A stretch of 64,000 nt of DNA from Azolla caroliniana (Eukaryota > Plantae > Polypodiophyta), in NCBI GenBank assembly GCA_043228905.1, contig JBHGNT010000006.1, positions 3,906,001-3,970,000 of the forward strand, given 5' to 3'. Made by a program: the position numbers and the translations under genes. Shown in pieces: positions 38,350-53,739 of this stretch. How positions within the stretch are numbered: the stretch's first letter is position 1; each line of letters starts with the position of its first letter. The notes below the pieces were generated by a model, which was not told where the DNA came from, did not search any database, and saw only the letters and a list, made by a program, of their open reading frames with translations.

Positions 38350-39149
38350 CATAGCCATCCTATCTATCGGGTCCCACATCCACCAACACATGTAAATTTG
38401 TAATATTGCACACATGATTGCACCCTCTTCTCTCAATTATATGGCTTTCATAACGTGAATTTCATTAGGTATGGGCGAGACTTTTGCTTTTGCTCCGATT
38501 CGTGTTGCCAACATTGCCGCAATGCAATAATATTATTTTTCAGCGCTTGGAACTCCGGCAAGTGAATTGAAAAACCATATATTTGGAGCAAAATAGTGTT
38601 CTATGAATGACAAAAAAACAAAAATCATAGTAGCAATATAATAAAGTTAACAGGAAACTTAGTAAGGACTTCAACTCATAATCTTGAGGATATAACATAA
38701 CATTAAAGTGTTTAAGTTAGGCAAGTTTAAAGTAAGGTGAGCCAATGCTTCCAATCATGTAAGTATACAACGACTTGTTGGCTATAAGTTATCATTGCAG
38801 TTTGCTCAACCCTAATGTATCTGGATTCAATCGACTAAAACATAAATTCAAGAATTTCACATGTTTAGCCTTTTATAACAAGTTCCCATGACTAAAACAC
38901 ATTTTTCCAAATTGCACTTTTCATATTGTTCCTTATTCATGGATGATAGCATGATTGCATAGCCTTCTCCATATTATCACAAACAATTATTAACACAAGG
39001 GCGAGGTCAATAATGATATTTTTTAAATTTTTTTCAAAACAAAATATCCTTCCATTAGTTTTAAAAAAGGTACATCCACTACAACACTATGCTTTCCATA
39101 GAGATTGTGCAACTATTGAAGTCAATCTATACCGCAATTCCTCCATCCA

Positions 39150-40200
39150 TCACAAAATCTAATTTCATTTTGGTACGTACAACCCATTCTCCCTTGTTGC
39201 CACATGCTTTCAACATAGCAGAAAATGTTATCATATTTGGTAAGAGGAAACCTTGCACAAGCATTTGAGGATAAATTTATATAGCATCCTCATTCTTATC
39301 ATGCTCAATATAGCCCAATAACATGGCAGCCCCTTGTACTACATCTCCAATCAACAATAATAATTCATCAAAAAGCTCGCGGGCCTCAATTATTGTTCAA
39401 CAAATGCCAACATTAACAACATTGTACCACATCCGGCAAGATTTGACCCTCGAGTTACATTTTCTTTAAAGAATCTAGTGCTTTTTCAACATGACCCTTT
39501 TCAGCATATCCCGATATCAAAGCATTCCAAGAGACCACATCTCGAACTGAAATATCATTGATTGTTTTTTGTGCTTTTTCAAGCTTGCCACATATAGCAT
39601 ACATGTTCACCAAAGCATTTCCAAGCTCAATATTGTCTTCTAACAACCTCTTACTCATGATTTCATTGTGATTTTCTATGCCTATCAACCACTCCTAGAC
39701 TACCACATGCCTTTAGCAAACTTACAAAGGTGATTACATCCAGAGAAAGACCATCATGTTGCATTTGTTCAAAAAGATTCAATGCTGCATGGCCAAATCT
39801 ATACTGGTAATATCCTGAAATTAGTGCATTCTTAAAAGCCACAACCTGAACCAGAAACCCCTTGAGCACTTTCTGTGTTTTTCCTCTATGTAAAGCCCCA
39901 TTGTGCTTGAACAAGCCTTGAATATGCAAATGGAGGTGATTGTATTTGGCGAGAAGTGATCACATTGCATCCTCTTGAAATAAGTTTTAGCTTTGCTTCC
40001 TTCCCCTCACAAATAAACCACATTTAGAATATATAAAAGTAATGCATTGCCAAGATTTGTCTCTTCCCTTGTTTATAGATCGAATCATGCTACAAACTTT
40101 TCAGCATACAAGAAAATGTGTTGTTGTTGCATATTTCAAAATAGCTTAGAGCTTTATTGGTTCACCATATACTGACCCTCTTCAACATAACCATACTCAA
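39150..40200 (-). pseudogene. Degenerate PLS-PPR pseudogene
   Basis: Fragments in shifting frames with stops: NALISGY..GHAALNLFEQMQHDGLSLDVITFVSLLKACG, and LGNALVNMYAICGKLEKAQ...RDVVSWNALISGYAEKGH. Boundaries approximate. Confidence 0.88.
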
Positions 40201-42544
40201 TAATGATACATTTATTAAAGCATGCAATGATTTAAACCCACAACATAGCACTATAATGGGTGAATTCCAATGGGAGAATATAATCCTCTAAATTTGGTTG
40301 TTGTGACAATTGCCATAGGTCGAAGCATTGTTTCAAGTTCCTAGTTAGATTGTCTAGATTTGCTATCAAATTGAATTCTTGGAAATCTAAGTGCAATCCA
40401 ATTTTCAAAAACATCATACCTAAACGGTTGCATAAGCTTAGGAACTCCATAAGCAGTATATTTGCAGGCTTTTGCCCCTTCTCCACAAACAACATAGATA
40501 ACTTAGCAATTGTAACCCTTGTCTCGATAGAGATCGATTTGCTCACCTTAATCAAGTGATAAACTATATAACCCAACATGCATATTTCATTAACAAATTT
40601 GTAATAACCTTGTGACAAAATTCAGGGATATGTTTCTTCCGTTCTCTAGTTCCAATTTCTATCTATGTTTCTAAGCCACATTTTTGGCGTTGCACATCAT
40701 ATTTAAGAACTTCAAAAGCCAAGAACTCCCTAGCCCTTCTTTTTTGTGCTTTTGTTATACTATTTATTGAGGTTCAATGTAAAAAAAAAGATCTTCCAAC
40801 ATGGAGATTAGTATACAAGCATTGCCAAAGGTCACTAGGTTGAATGGCATCATTTGGAGATAAATGCCAATTGGTCATATCCTTTCCCCCTCATAGCTAA
40901 ACTCAGCTATTAGGAATCAATCATGAATACCAATTTGTATGCCTAGCTCCAAGTAGTTTCGACCTATCTCATAATAAAGGGCATGCTACAATAATGTCGT
41001 CTTATTGGACTTCTTGCAACATCGAATGTGTGCCTAGTACACAGATGGATGAACCCATTCCTCTAAATACAATAGTCAAAACTATTTGGGTCGTTCCTAG
41101 TAATGTTGTAGGTTTGGACAAAGCCAATATACTATTTTATTAAGCTCACGTTTCTAAATGGACAACTTGCTGAGGTATTTGTGGAGAACCATGAATATTT
41201 GACCTTGCCAATTTTTAAATATACGACTTGAGGTTGCCAAAAGCTCAATATGGACTTCTTCCAACATTGAAGGCCTACTTAGTACACAAATGGATGAACT
41301 CGTGAAAGATTATGTCTAACATACCTTCTCTTCTATGTCAAACCAAAATGCAGGTACATAATGATTCCTATGTTGTTTGTGTATGGACAAAGTGGTTACG
41401 ATGTTTGAGGTTCAAGTTGAAGATAGATTTCAGGTTTGGGACACAAATATGTTCATAGCCTCAACTACATATTCCACTTAATTTGGAAGGCATTTGTGAT
41501 GGATTGTGAGTCAATATCCACATTAAAGAGGATCAACCTTAAGAATCAAGATGATGAAGAGTAGAAGCAAAAGAACAGAGAGATGAGGAAATATCAAACT
41601 TTGTTCGAAAGTCTCATGTCCGTGTGCACAAGAGCAAGCTTGTCCTTTGTGGGCAGAGGCTCAGCAAAGTTCACAACATTCATCAATTATCAAACCTTAA
41701 AGTTTTAGCATCAAGCCAAGGGTAGGTCATGGCTATTTACTGATTTCCATCTAAACATAACAAATTTTCCAGTGCCACATCATCTCAAATTGTATCGCTA
41801 GTACTGAGTTTGATACAAAGATTTGAACATAACATTCAAATCTTCCATCAACAGAACTACAATCACAAAGGGAAACTTAATGGTGTACTCGTACATTTCC
41901 ACATAAGAATTGGCAAACTGTCCATCCCATCACCACTTACGAAAGTTTATCATTTCCTAAATGATGTACGTCTGAAATTAAAATCTACATTATTGAAAAG
42001 TATTACAGCATGGTTGCATGAGCCAAATGATGTCTTGTAAGCTTCCATCTTATCTCCATTAAGATGAACTCATCATTGACGCTAACATTGATCTTGGGTT
42101 TGTGTTCAAATGGAACCAGAAGCCAGTTATTTCAGAAACCAATGCTAAAATTAATTCCGTCAATCAAATGTATGTCAAGAAATAACACTTATAGATAGCT
42201 AATTTCTTGCCATCTTATTTACCGATATTTCAAAGAAAGCAGGTGCCAAAAATGTGGATCCCCAAAATTATCAACTCATGTGCTGATGAAACCTTTTCAA
42301 GATGCGGGAAACTAAGTGGTTGAATGTGCAAGAAAGTGCTTGTATACACAATCCCATGTGTACACTCCACATCAACTAAAGCAGAGGCCACAACCATCCT
42401 CCTTCCGACCACACTCAGCACACTTGTTTTGCTGAATTCAGCTTTAGGGCCTATTGAAAGCTTTCTTTTTGTTAAGCTGCCATACACTTCTCAGAAACCA
42501 TAACAGATCCCTCTCACTGATTATCCTTACGCTTCCCATCATAC

Positions 42545-45500
42545 TTAATCATCGATTGATGATTCTCTTAAGGTTTCTCGCATTAGTTCAGCCAATTTAC
42601 CACACGCAACAAGACATAGATTTAGAGCCTGAAAGTAACCAAAAAGTGTAAATAAAACTTGTGCCTCATTAACAAAAACAGAAAGTCAGAAACATATGAT
42701 TATTCGTACCATTAACCAAAAATAACATATATGAGTAGAATTTATTCTAGCTTCTGGAAAGGACACAAAAGATGAAACCTCATTTTAATCCAAATATTGG
42801 CATCAGATGCAGAAATTTGTCAGTTTGGATGCTGGAATAACATTTTATTTAAGAGTAAAACAAAGTTTAACTCAAAAATGGAATCCAGTAAAACTTGACA
42901 TCTCTGTTTTTTCCTTACATATGCCACTGGGGTTGAATTTTTACCCAGCTTCTCATGCATTTGATACTTAGGTAAATCAAGTATATTGGAGTAACACATC
43001 ATAGTGACAGTTCCATTAGGGCAGGTCATTGGTTTTGGTAGGAACCTTTCTGCACGGGAGGGACCAGACTACATTGTATCAGCTATATATGCTTTCAGCA
43101 ACATGTCTTAAAACATTGTCATAACATGATAATCTACTGACAAAGCTTGAGCCCCCTAACCTTCGGATTGCAGGCATAGTTGTGGAAACATTTCAAACAC
43201 ATTATGAACTTATGGGGTTGAAAAAATGCTTGCAATAGTGAACATCAAGTAGTCTATGGAGTATTGAAGATAGATTAAGAATTTATCAGGCTCAAAAAGA
43301 AACCATCCACATAATGCATTCCTTTCTTATACACAACACGGTATAGTTGGGGACACCCACTGGTTGAAAGGGCTTCTTCTTTGGCAAGTTGTATCATTGC
43401 AACATTCCAGATATTTTCCACCAGAGGGGATGGCAGTACACGCTCTAGTTATTCATTACATAAGGCACATCCTATTGCCTATGACATTTCCTTGTTTCCT
43501 ATGACATTTCCTTGTTTCTCAGCAGCTCTCATCCTTAGATCTCCCAGTCTTCTCTTTTTCTTCACCATGGGTATTATGTCTCTCAGCCCTGCCCACTCTC
43601 ATATCCTCTCCCTGTGTTATGGCTGTAACTTTTGGCACACTAAACCATGAGTGTACAATGTTATATGAGATCTGAGAAAAGTATTCTGTTCTGCTACATC
43701 TATAAACATCCAATGTGAGAGTCTCACATTTATTCATATCTCTAATATAGTATGTCTAAATATGATTAAACCTTCACACACATTATTCTAGCAAAGTACT
43801 TCTATTGCTCAAAAAAGGCAAGAATAGATAAGTTGTCAAGCACATGCTTCGCAGTTGGTGCTATGTTGACACAAATATGGTATAAAAGAAATCCATCACT
43901 TCAGAATAGCCACTATACCTCAGAAATCTTAGTTTGAGGGTAATCTCCAGACAATGACAGTTGTGTGATCTCATTCCGCGATGTCATGCATGCTAGCTGT
44001 AAACTTCCATCCTGATTGTTTTCCTCTTCCGAAGACGGATCAAGTAGAAACTTTTTCTCAAAACAACTCTGCAATTGATGTCATGACTCAGAACTTTGAT
44101 GTATTACACATACAACTAAATTACCAGAATTTTTTGGAAAGAGAGCTATGTATGTAGCATTGCTGTAGAATACTTAGCATACAATACGCGTATGATATCT
44201 ATGCTACATATTCTAAAAGTATTTCTACCTTTTTTTAAATACTTAGGATATATTCTAAAGCTAAAATACACCGAATAAGTGTAGAACACATAGCATACAT
44301 AGATTACCTTAAATACTCTTATAGTTTCAATGCATCTAATGATTGTTTTTTACAAGACTTTCATTTTTTTTAAATATTTTGGAATACGAAGAAAAAGTGA
44401 AACATTTTTAAACGGCATCTCTAAAACATAGAATACGTGTTGAATACACTAAAACGTACTCTAAATATAAAATACACATTTTTAAACAACTATGGTATGC
44501 AACAAATTCCATAAATATTGAACCCGTATGGCATGCAAGTTACTGAAAAAATCAACAAAATGCACAGTTTGCTAAGATGTTCTGTTCTTGATTACATACA
44601 CATGTTGTACAGCAGTAACTCATGGTAGATCAAGCTTGGCCTCTAAAACTGAACAAATAAACTATGAACTTACCAAGGACACAGCAGACACCAAGTCATA
44701 CATCATGATGCCTGCGTCAGCAAGTGCTAGCGATGCACAGGATATCACAACGGATAAGTCTCCTGCATTCACAACATTATTTAAGGTTAAAAAAACAGAA
44801 ATACAGCATACGCCCACCCTTCACAGACTTGGTTTCTGCACAGCAGCAGCATATGAGATTGCATGTTTTCGACCTTTAGGAGACTTGTTAAACTAGTTAA
44901 TCAAAGAGAGAGGGTATTATGTGCACAATCCACTACTTGTTACATAGATCAAAAATCGAATGGAATAATAGAATGGTACTAGCTGGCAGTGTATATCACT
45001 GATTGTCAGAGGCCGAAACTCAAACAAACTAATCACAATTTACGCCAAAAATTACACAACTATGCATATTTTATGATACAAGAACAACAACGCATAACTT
45101 ATGACACAAAAACAACATTTTGTTTACCTCCACCAGACTGCAAAACAAATGCAAAAACATCCACAGTTGTCTTTGGGAAAGTATGCAATGCAACGGAGCC
45201 CTCCAAAGCTTTCAGCAACATGTGTGAATACTCTTTCTCCTCTACACCCTATCAAATAAAGACATTGAGTCATTGGTTGTGTCCCATGACTCCCCTGTGG
45301 AATATCAATGAGCTCGAAAGAGACGCTGCTACCTGACCGGCTCTTCCACGAACAGGACCAGCAAATGACCCGAAACTCACATGGCAATTTAGACGGCCTA
45401 CATCACTGTAAGACTCCGCTTTCTTGCTTTCTCTTGGCCCAAACCTGTGCTCAATGTCAACCAGATCTGTGGTTTATTTCCTCTTTCAGTGTCCTATCAT

Positions 45501-45702
45501 ATGTAGGCAATCCCAGAAATGCCATGTTACCATCATCTAACCTAGAATATAGCAACTCACTCACACTGATACAATGACTTTTGTTTGACCGAATTCAGCA
45601 TATGCAGAGCCTGCTGCAGCATTAACAGCTCCGGTTCTGAAAACTGCATTTCATCAAAAAGGAAATCAAGGCATGGATGAAGGGAAAACGCGCCTGTCCA
45701 CA

Positions 45703-45783
<81 letters not shown>

Positions 45784-45955
45784 CAGAAGAGCAGGGGAGG
45801 GAAGACATATTACAGGCAGGCCTGCACTCGTGTAGATGTCGGCCATCTCCGCGGAGGCCTTGAGGGGAGACGAGAAGCGGCGTGGGAGAAGAGGAAGCGG
45901 CGCGCGACTGCAAGGAGTATGTGGAGGTGGAGGGGTTCGTCGGAAGGACAGCCAT
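42545..45955 (-). CDS. RRP41L: Exosome complex component RRP41-like/MTR3 (RNase PH fold), 7 exons, 258 aa
   Basis: Exons 45955-45814, 45643-45565, 45444-45333, 45248-45128, 44762-44674, 44068-43919, 42628-42545 (777 nt). Translation includes DGRHLHECRPAFFRTGAVNAAAGSAYAEFGQTKVIVSVFGPRESKK, TFPKTTVDVFAFVLQSGG and ISCASLALADAGIMMYDLV, matching my recollection of plant RRP41L/MTR3. Confidence 0.95.
44158..44494. mobile_element. Probable old hAT-type MITE in RRP41L intron 5
   Basis: Degenerate termini CATTGCTG.../...CAACTATG. Flanks GTATGTAG and GTATGCAA match 6/8, both mismatches being transitions. AT-rich body with repeated AATAC. Confidence 0.5.
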
Positions 45956-45961
45956 GCCTCT

Positions 45962-46160
45962 CTTCTTCTTCTTCTTCTTCTTCTTCTTCTTCTTTCTTCT
46001 TCTTCTTCTTCTTCTTTGTTCTGCTTCTGCTGCTGTGATTATTACTGTGAGCAGAGTGTATGTATGTATGTATGTATGTATGTATGTATGTATCTATGTA
46101 TGTATGTATGTATGTATGTATATGTATATATCATAATGTGTGTGTGTGTGTGTGTGTGTA
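45962..46160 (-). repeat. (GAA)n, (CATA)n and (CA)n microsatellites on the RRP41L sense strand directly upstream of its ATG
   Basis: Seen directly as CTT, TATG and TG runs on +. Confidence 0.92.
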
Positions 46161-46299
46161 TGAGTTAGCCAGAAAACAGACAAGACATTGGGTGCTCTCA
46201 TATGAACAAAAGAACATGTATCCATTGCCCCATGAAAGATGCCCACCAGTGACAAAGGATGAAGATGTTAACATTCCACAAAATTGTGTGGTTGTTCGA

Positions 46300-46740
46300 A
46301 ACGGTTTGTTGGTTCTCCTTCGTGGGCAAGTGTAGTCCCTAGTCCATGCACAACAACATTTGTATCATATTGGACACCACATGTCCAAGTAGTGTTTTTC
46401 CCCAACCACATAATTGGCCTTTCGGGTGTTGGTCTCTCCATATAGTGAGTGCTACACAACTAACTTCGTGTGACATGAACGTATCTCGTCTGATTCTCGT
46501 GCATTGAATTCGTCCACAAATACCTTCATGAAATCGGTCAAATCATTAATCAAAATATCTCTACATCTATCCCCTTCGATGTATGTGGTGCATTTAATAT
46601 TGTAAACATCATCACAAACACACCCCACTTAGCTATAACGATCTTCTTATCTGGGTTGTGTGGATCCATTTTCCCATTGTTGTTTTGCACTTTAGATAGG
46701 TTTGAAATCATCAACGGCCCATAATGTAAAATACGAAAGC
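46300..46740 (-). mobile_element. Highly degenerate Gypsy RT fragment
   Basis: Minus-strand translation DLTDFMKVFVDEF resembles the RT xFVDDF motif; nearby NGKMDPHNPDKK resembles GI..DP.K. Confidence 0.4.
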
Positions 46741-48324
46741 AAGAATGCTTGAATAGGTTGTAAGACTACCTTTGTATGGTCATGGCCATTAGCCCGCAAC
46801 CCAATTAATAGGTCATTAAAGTTGAATGGTAAGATTGTGACCTACCAAGAAACATAAGTAACTATATAATGAAAAAGAGCAATAAAGTGTAATTAAATGT
46901 CGTAAAATAACTCACCCTCATCTAGTTTTTGTGTCTTAATTCTTCTAGTGTAATTGATGTATACTTTCATAATCTATGGTGTCATGCTAAATTATCGTCT
47001 TTTTCATGAGTCTTCTCCACGCACTCATCGCTTGGTTCGTGTTGTTTGTGCATAGACAAGGTCGTAGGTAATTGGTCAATTTGAGGATGTTTAGGCTAAA
47101 ATAATCTAAGTCCCTTGATTAATAACAAAAAAGCTCATGTAAGCTCTTTTATCAAAAGTTCAAGCCAAACAAAAGCTAGATCTCACCTTTATCCCTTATC
47201 CTTTATTTTATAATTTAGATGTCACAATGGAATTTCCAACTTCAGATGCTTTATGCAAACAAATTATCGATAGGTGTTGACTACAATTCATCTCTAATTG
47301 CTAAGACACGTTGTAAAAAATGAGCATGCTCACATACATATTTGTTTGCTTCAGAAGGTTTTGAGTTCATGGTCTATGTGTTATTAACCAACCTATTGAT
47401 TTGCCATTGTAGTTCTTATTCTTGTTGTTTGTGAAATATTATTTCTTGTTGTTTGCATTTTCAACGCAATATAAAACCCTACATACGATATCATTGTTCA
47501 CCCCACATGCCAATTTCTGCAAGTTTAACCAAATAATAATAATGGAGATTTGCCCCGTTATTGATGAAATTTCACAAATGGAATTATTTGACATTCTAGA
47601 TCCCTACTTAGTGCATCCTTTTTTATGTTAAAAAAATTGATGGTTTCCTTTGTTGGGTTATGGATTATTGAGGATTGAACAATATTTTGTTGTGTATCTC
47701 AAGTATTTTGGAGTGTCTTAATGGAGCCAGTTACTTGGTGAGAATATATATTCTAGGTGCATATAACCTTGTTTGTATTAATCCAAGGAATGAATGAATG
47801 ATCGTTTTCAGATTTAATATGGACATTTTAAGCATACAATTATGTCTTCCAATCTCATAAATACACTTACAATTTCTCATTATATGGCAAGTAACGTTTT
47901 GTGATACTTCCAATAGAACTTTATGGTAATTTATTTAGATGATTTATTCAAAAACTTAAGAGCATTATGTTTGTGTTCATCAAGTTCTACAACGATTGTT
48001 GGACTATGATTAACCTCTATGTTAAATTGAGGAAGTACAAGTTTAACCACAATGACCGTAGATTTTCGAGGATGTCTATTCTGAATGGGTTTTCTATAAA
48101 TTAAATTGCGGCTCAAATAGTTATTGACCGACAAACATACATTGTGTTTGATTTTGGATGTGCAATGTTTCTCGGGCTTTGAAAGTTCTACAACGAAGCC
48201 CATTACGAAATATTAGAAATTAGAATATTGTGTTACCTCTCACCCAACTTGCACAAAACTATTGATTGTCTTCATGGACTTAAAATGTAGTCGCGGTGAT
48301 TAATAAGTTAACGTGACCTCACAT

Positions 48325-48420
48325 CCACTCCATTTTTTGTTCATGTTGATGTAGCCAAACTCTTCATCTTGGAAGTTGATGCACTTCCTTTGCTCGTAAT
48401 AGTCTTGTCACGGATAGAGT
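48325..48420 (+). mobile_element. Gypsy RT-RNase H junction fragment
   Basis: Translation PFFVHVDVAKLFILEVDALPLLVIVLSR resembles the P.L...D..KPF.LE.DAS....G.VLSQ consensus. Confidence 0.55.
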
Positions 48421-51400
48421 TTATGCATGATAGTATTAAACTCTAACTATTTATTTAAGCAAAGCATAAGGATTTATAGACCAAAGAAAGGAGAGAGGGA
48501 TATCCACACTAACATGGTCTCAACATAAGTCAATTCTCCTTGACAAGAAGGTAGTTGGCCTTCTTATATAGTCAAAAACCCTATGTCTTAGCATGTTTAC
48601 ACTTTATATGAAACGGTCAGGTGATAACGCACATAATAATTTATCTCACATCGTAGAATTGTATTACCGAACTCATATCCTCGTTACATTTAAGATTACG
48701 CGTACTCATCATAAGATTAAAGATAACTATGGAATACGTATATCGTGATTAAATATGGGTATGCATGTAACAAGTAGCTTGGAAAATAATGTTGATCATC
48801 ATTGTCGATGTAGTATGTAAACATGCACAAGTAAGGTACTTTGCATACAAACTTTCCACTGTTGTCTTCGGTTCAATTTAGTGTTGGTCCTTGCCACAAC
48901 AAGGATAATATCCATTGACCTTGACAAAACATAATTGATTCCGGTAGATATAGAGAGCCAAAGGTACATGCTACAAGCACATTCAATCCACCTACTTGAA
49001 AGTTCACATATACTTATATTTCCCTCGAGTGGATGATTTTGGCTTCTCCTTGCCATGATGAGCATACTATAAACATTTGTGAAGTTTTGGAAACAAAACC
49101 AGCATTGGCTCACAAAGTGTCAACTCTCGCCATCATCTAGGAACCACATTGTCGCAAAGTTCGTACTCAGTGCATCGAACCACTACAGTTATGAACGAGG
49201 AGAGGTCGTAAAAGAAAGGGAGAGAGAGTAGTACATACAAAGATAAAGAGATAGCATAGGATTAAAGAATTAGAATTGAGAAAGTATATGATACAAGTAT
49301 CATGTTTTAGTTTAATTAAGAATACACTATTTTATTTACCAAAGTTACAATATTCCATCATAAAGATGACATCTTATCTCCATCGTACTCCGACTCAAAC
49401 GCTCAACTTCAATATTGAGAGATGAAAACTTCTCACAATGAGCTAACTCGATCAATTGGAATATAAATTAATTTCCATTTCATCTTGATATTTCGATCCT
49501 TCTTCTTAAATAGGCATTCAGATAAGAGTGCATGTGATGTGTGGTTGCATGTGTGTGAGAGTGCATATGATGGATGCGTGTGTGATCACCACTTGGTGCA
49601 CACGTGTTAACGTATGATACATGAAAGCCATGTTGCTCATATGAGTTGGCATGTGTATAATAATTTACAACACATAATTACAATGATAAGAATAATTACA
49701 ATCACATATGCCCATACTTAGAGTACAACAATATGTAAACTCATGATGCCTCACAAAATGCCCATAACTTGTCATATATGTCTAAACCTATGACTTCGCA
49801 ACAAGCGAAAAAATCTCATCAAACTTGACATGTTTGGTTTGTTTAAACCCTTTGGTAACAACATGTGTCTTGTACATTGATTTCCTATCATTGAGAACGA
49901 GCTTCATATTGTAAATTATTTAAATGCTAGTTTGTTCATTTTGTTTAACAAAGTAACCAAGTCTCTTATTTTATTTACCATTTACCATTACGCATCCATC
50001 TAAGATTTTATTTTTTCCCAAAAAAACTCCTTCCATTAGTTATCAAATTTTATAGATGGGCATTGAGAATATCCATCTAAGATTGCATGACACTCGCTTC
50101 CACTTGCGGTTATCATAGTGCAAACTGGGTCCTTGTAACAAGAGTTTTCTCTACACTCAGTCATCAATAAATATCCATGGATTGTTTGCAATTAATTTTC
50201 AAGAGATAAAGAAACACAAAATGAGACTCCACATCAAGGCATTAACCCACTTTATATGTACCTAAACATTTGACCTCTTACATTCTCATCATGGTTTCCA
50301 TTACATCTTTGTACATTCTCGTCATGATTATTGGTACACTCAAGAATAAAACCTTATCCTCTCCCATTCTGTACAAGGCATTTCGTGCTTTGACTTTGCA
50401 TTAAAGAACACATCATTACTTAAAACAACCTAATGTGGTTTTAAATCACATGAGAGATGGCCCATTTCACATTCCTCAACATGTCCAAGAAATATGTATT
50501 TCTTTGATTTATGTTCATGCAAGTTTTGGGATAAAGAGGAAACGAGTATGCAATGTGGTTGGTGTGCAAAACAATAGGACACGAACAATGGTCAACGAAG
50601 GGGGTGGTTGAGAGGTTAATGCATTAGTTGAGTGATTTGGTAGGCCTGGCAACCATACTTTGGAGAATTGAGGTCGGTTAAGCTTAGGGATGATAATAGA
50701 TATAGTGGAGATGCAAATATATGTGTTTCCCAACACACAAATACATAAAATGTTGCACATGCGTTTGCAATGTGCATCTCCATTAAATAATTCCTAAGCT
50801 ATAATCATGTTACGATTCTTTACTATAGTGTATATCTTTGTTGTGTAGTCCAATTTGTTTGCATACATTCTATTCGATAGGTTTGTTAATGTCATCTTCG
50901 TCACTCACTGAAGCACACATTGTCTGTCACTTAATCACCCTTGTATACTTAAATACGTGAAAAACCTTTATAGGTCATATACATACATGTTAAATTTGCA
51001 AATGGATATGAATTTTTATCAAGGGTTGATGCCATGACACTCATTTTATCTTATTTCTTCAATTTCTCTACATATTTACCTATATGCTTCTCTTTGTTGT
51101 GATACATTGTTGATGTACACATGCAAACCCTTCATAGTGTAGCTACATACACATTAAATTGTACATTGATAGAATTTATTATAGAGGATTGAATGCATGC
51201 CACTAGTGCTATCTTGCTCCTTCAATTTCTCTCAATGACAACTTCCCTTTGTTGTGGGAATTTGTTGATTTCTACCCCAACAATATTGGAACATGCATAA
51301 AACTAGGAATCACATTGCAGTTTCTTGTTGATTTTTTGCTTGTCATAATAGTCAACATTTGTGATAGTCTCAATGGCATTATAACGTTTTTTAAATTTTT

Positions 51401-53739
51401 CTATAAAGGGGCGTGATCATTGTGATAAGAGTTTATATGCCAATATTTTCTCCAAAAACCGGTCGCTATGCCAACAACAATAAATGCGGAGGTGCATATG
51501 TCCTAGAAACACAACTACTCTTTTTGAACTATTATAATACATAACCAAGAAACTTCCAAGATCCAAGAGTAATTGTATTCGCCCTTATTTCTGAAGAACC
51601 AAACGAATAAGTCACACTCCTTTTCTTTGGGAAAAAAAAGTCACGCTCCTTACAAGGTTGACATATATTCTGAATAATAACTTTATGGAAAAATAATATA
51701 GAAATTGGAATGGAAACTTACACATATGTTCACTCTCAAATAACATTTCATATCAAATATTTTGACATGCTAACTTATCATAATCATAACTTCTATCTCT
51801 AAACTATGAAGAATATATGTACTTGTCAATTGTATGATTATCTATGACAATGAGATAATTCATGATCCATAATGTAATATCTCTATATCTAATGTAAAAA
51901 TGTGTTCAATTGTTTCATTGGTGGGTTTTTGTTTTATATGAATATTTCACTTTATTACATTAGAAAATCCAGGCCAAATTCGTACTTGTGTATATCCAAA
52001 CGCATACACTGGATTTTCACGACTTAATAACATGGATCCCATTAGGTGATTGATCTAGATTTCAAATGTGTACCTAGTTTCTTCAAGATTGGTCAAATTT
52101 TGGTCCACCACATGCATCATGACAATAACAATATATGTGATTTCATAACCCGACTATTGTTGTTTGTTGGCCACAATACCTTTCGATTGAGCGTAGATTA
52201 AAATTTTGTTATTCTCCTATTGAAAACAGAATTACGAGTACAATTACTATGATGGACTGTTTATACTCAAGCACATGTTTATTGGATTTGGAAGATAAAT
52301 TTTTAATAGGTAGTTAGGGAAGCTACAAGATAGATTCCATCTTTCCTTCTTTGGCACTTCTCATTTAATGTGTTAGTCATTTCACATTAGGGGGGTCATG
52401 AAAAACTTGCAAGTAAGACAAACCATATCAATAAGCCGCAAGTTGCAACTACTATAGTCCCTCGAGATTTATACCATTGAAATGCAAGGTTCTCTCTAAA
52501 ATCTAAGAAGATAACTTGCATGGCCAAACAAGAGATACAATTGCATGTTTCAAATTGAGACGTAAAGTACCACTTGAAAGTCATTATGAAGGTTGTGAAT
52601 CTGGGGAAATATCACTAGGAAAGTTTTGATGGCAAATTGGTGAGGATCTTGGGTTTTGATAAACACATAACAAAGAACATTTTCATCTCGTTTATTTAAG
52701 TGAACTGTAACATTGGCTCAATGCAAATATGTACTCAAGAGAGATGTGGGGAGGCGATGCAAGAAGTATACTGTGTGAACACGATTCATGGTAAGGTGTT
52801 TTACATTTTATTAAAGGAAAGGATGCAATTGGGATTTATAACATAACCATGATCTACCATGATATTGGCATAGTTTGAACCTTTTGCATGATGTACCATG
52901 ATGACAACATAGATTAAGGCTCCTTTCACATCACAGTTAGAAAGTTGATTGCTTTTTAGGCTTTCCACGATCAATCATTATGCAGACATAGTCTATGTCT
53001 CTTTACACATCTGCTCTCTATTCACATTTTCTTCTACTCTCATGCCCCACACTTTTTAGCCTTTTTCATAGAAGTATGTTTTGCTTTTCACACAAATATT
53101 TGACCCTTTTATGTTTAAAACTCTGGTCTCCACATAAACAGCAAATCAAAGCAAAAAGTGACATCTTTTTCATCAGAGAGGTTTTTCTGTCATTCTTAAC
53201 CAATATGTTTGCACGAAAATGGTGGGGCCGAAGGTGGAAAAAAAGAAGCATTTTCCTCTACCTAATAAGAATGGGCTGTGATGAGAGAAATCTTTTTTTG
53301 GGATGAACAAAAGTTTATATCATTTCACAAATCTAATGAGAATCCAACGATAGTTAAGCAATCAAAAGTACAGATATGGATCCAATTGTAGACTTTGCGT
53401 TTGAAAATTAATCCTAGAAAATGGTGTAGGATAGAGGAATTGATCGGTACATGACACATTTGAATCGGACAGACACGTTCGTCTATTTATAAAAAGAAGG
53501 TGTCGTGTGGATGCAACTCTCATCACCCAATGAAAAGTGTAACGAAAGGGGGCATGCGATGACATATGTAGTGAAGAAAAAACAAAATGGAAGAAAAAAA
53601 ATGTGATCATGCTTTTCCTTTCGCCCCGCCTCCCCTTCTCTCGAGGGTTTTCAAAAATACGAAATTAAAGGACAGATGAAATATAATCGAGGAGTTGAGG
53701 CTTGGGGATACAGACGAGTGTGAATGAATGGGGTGGGGG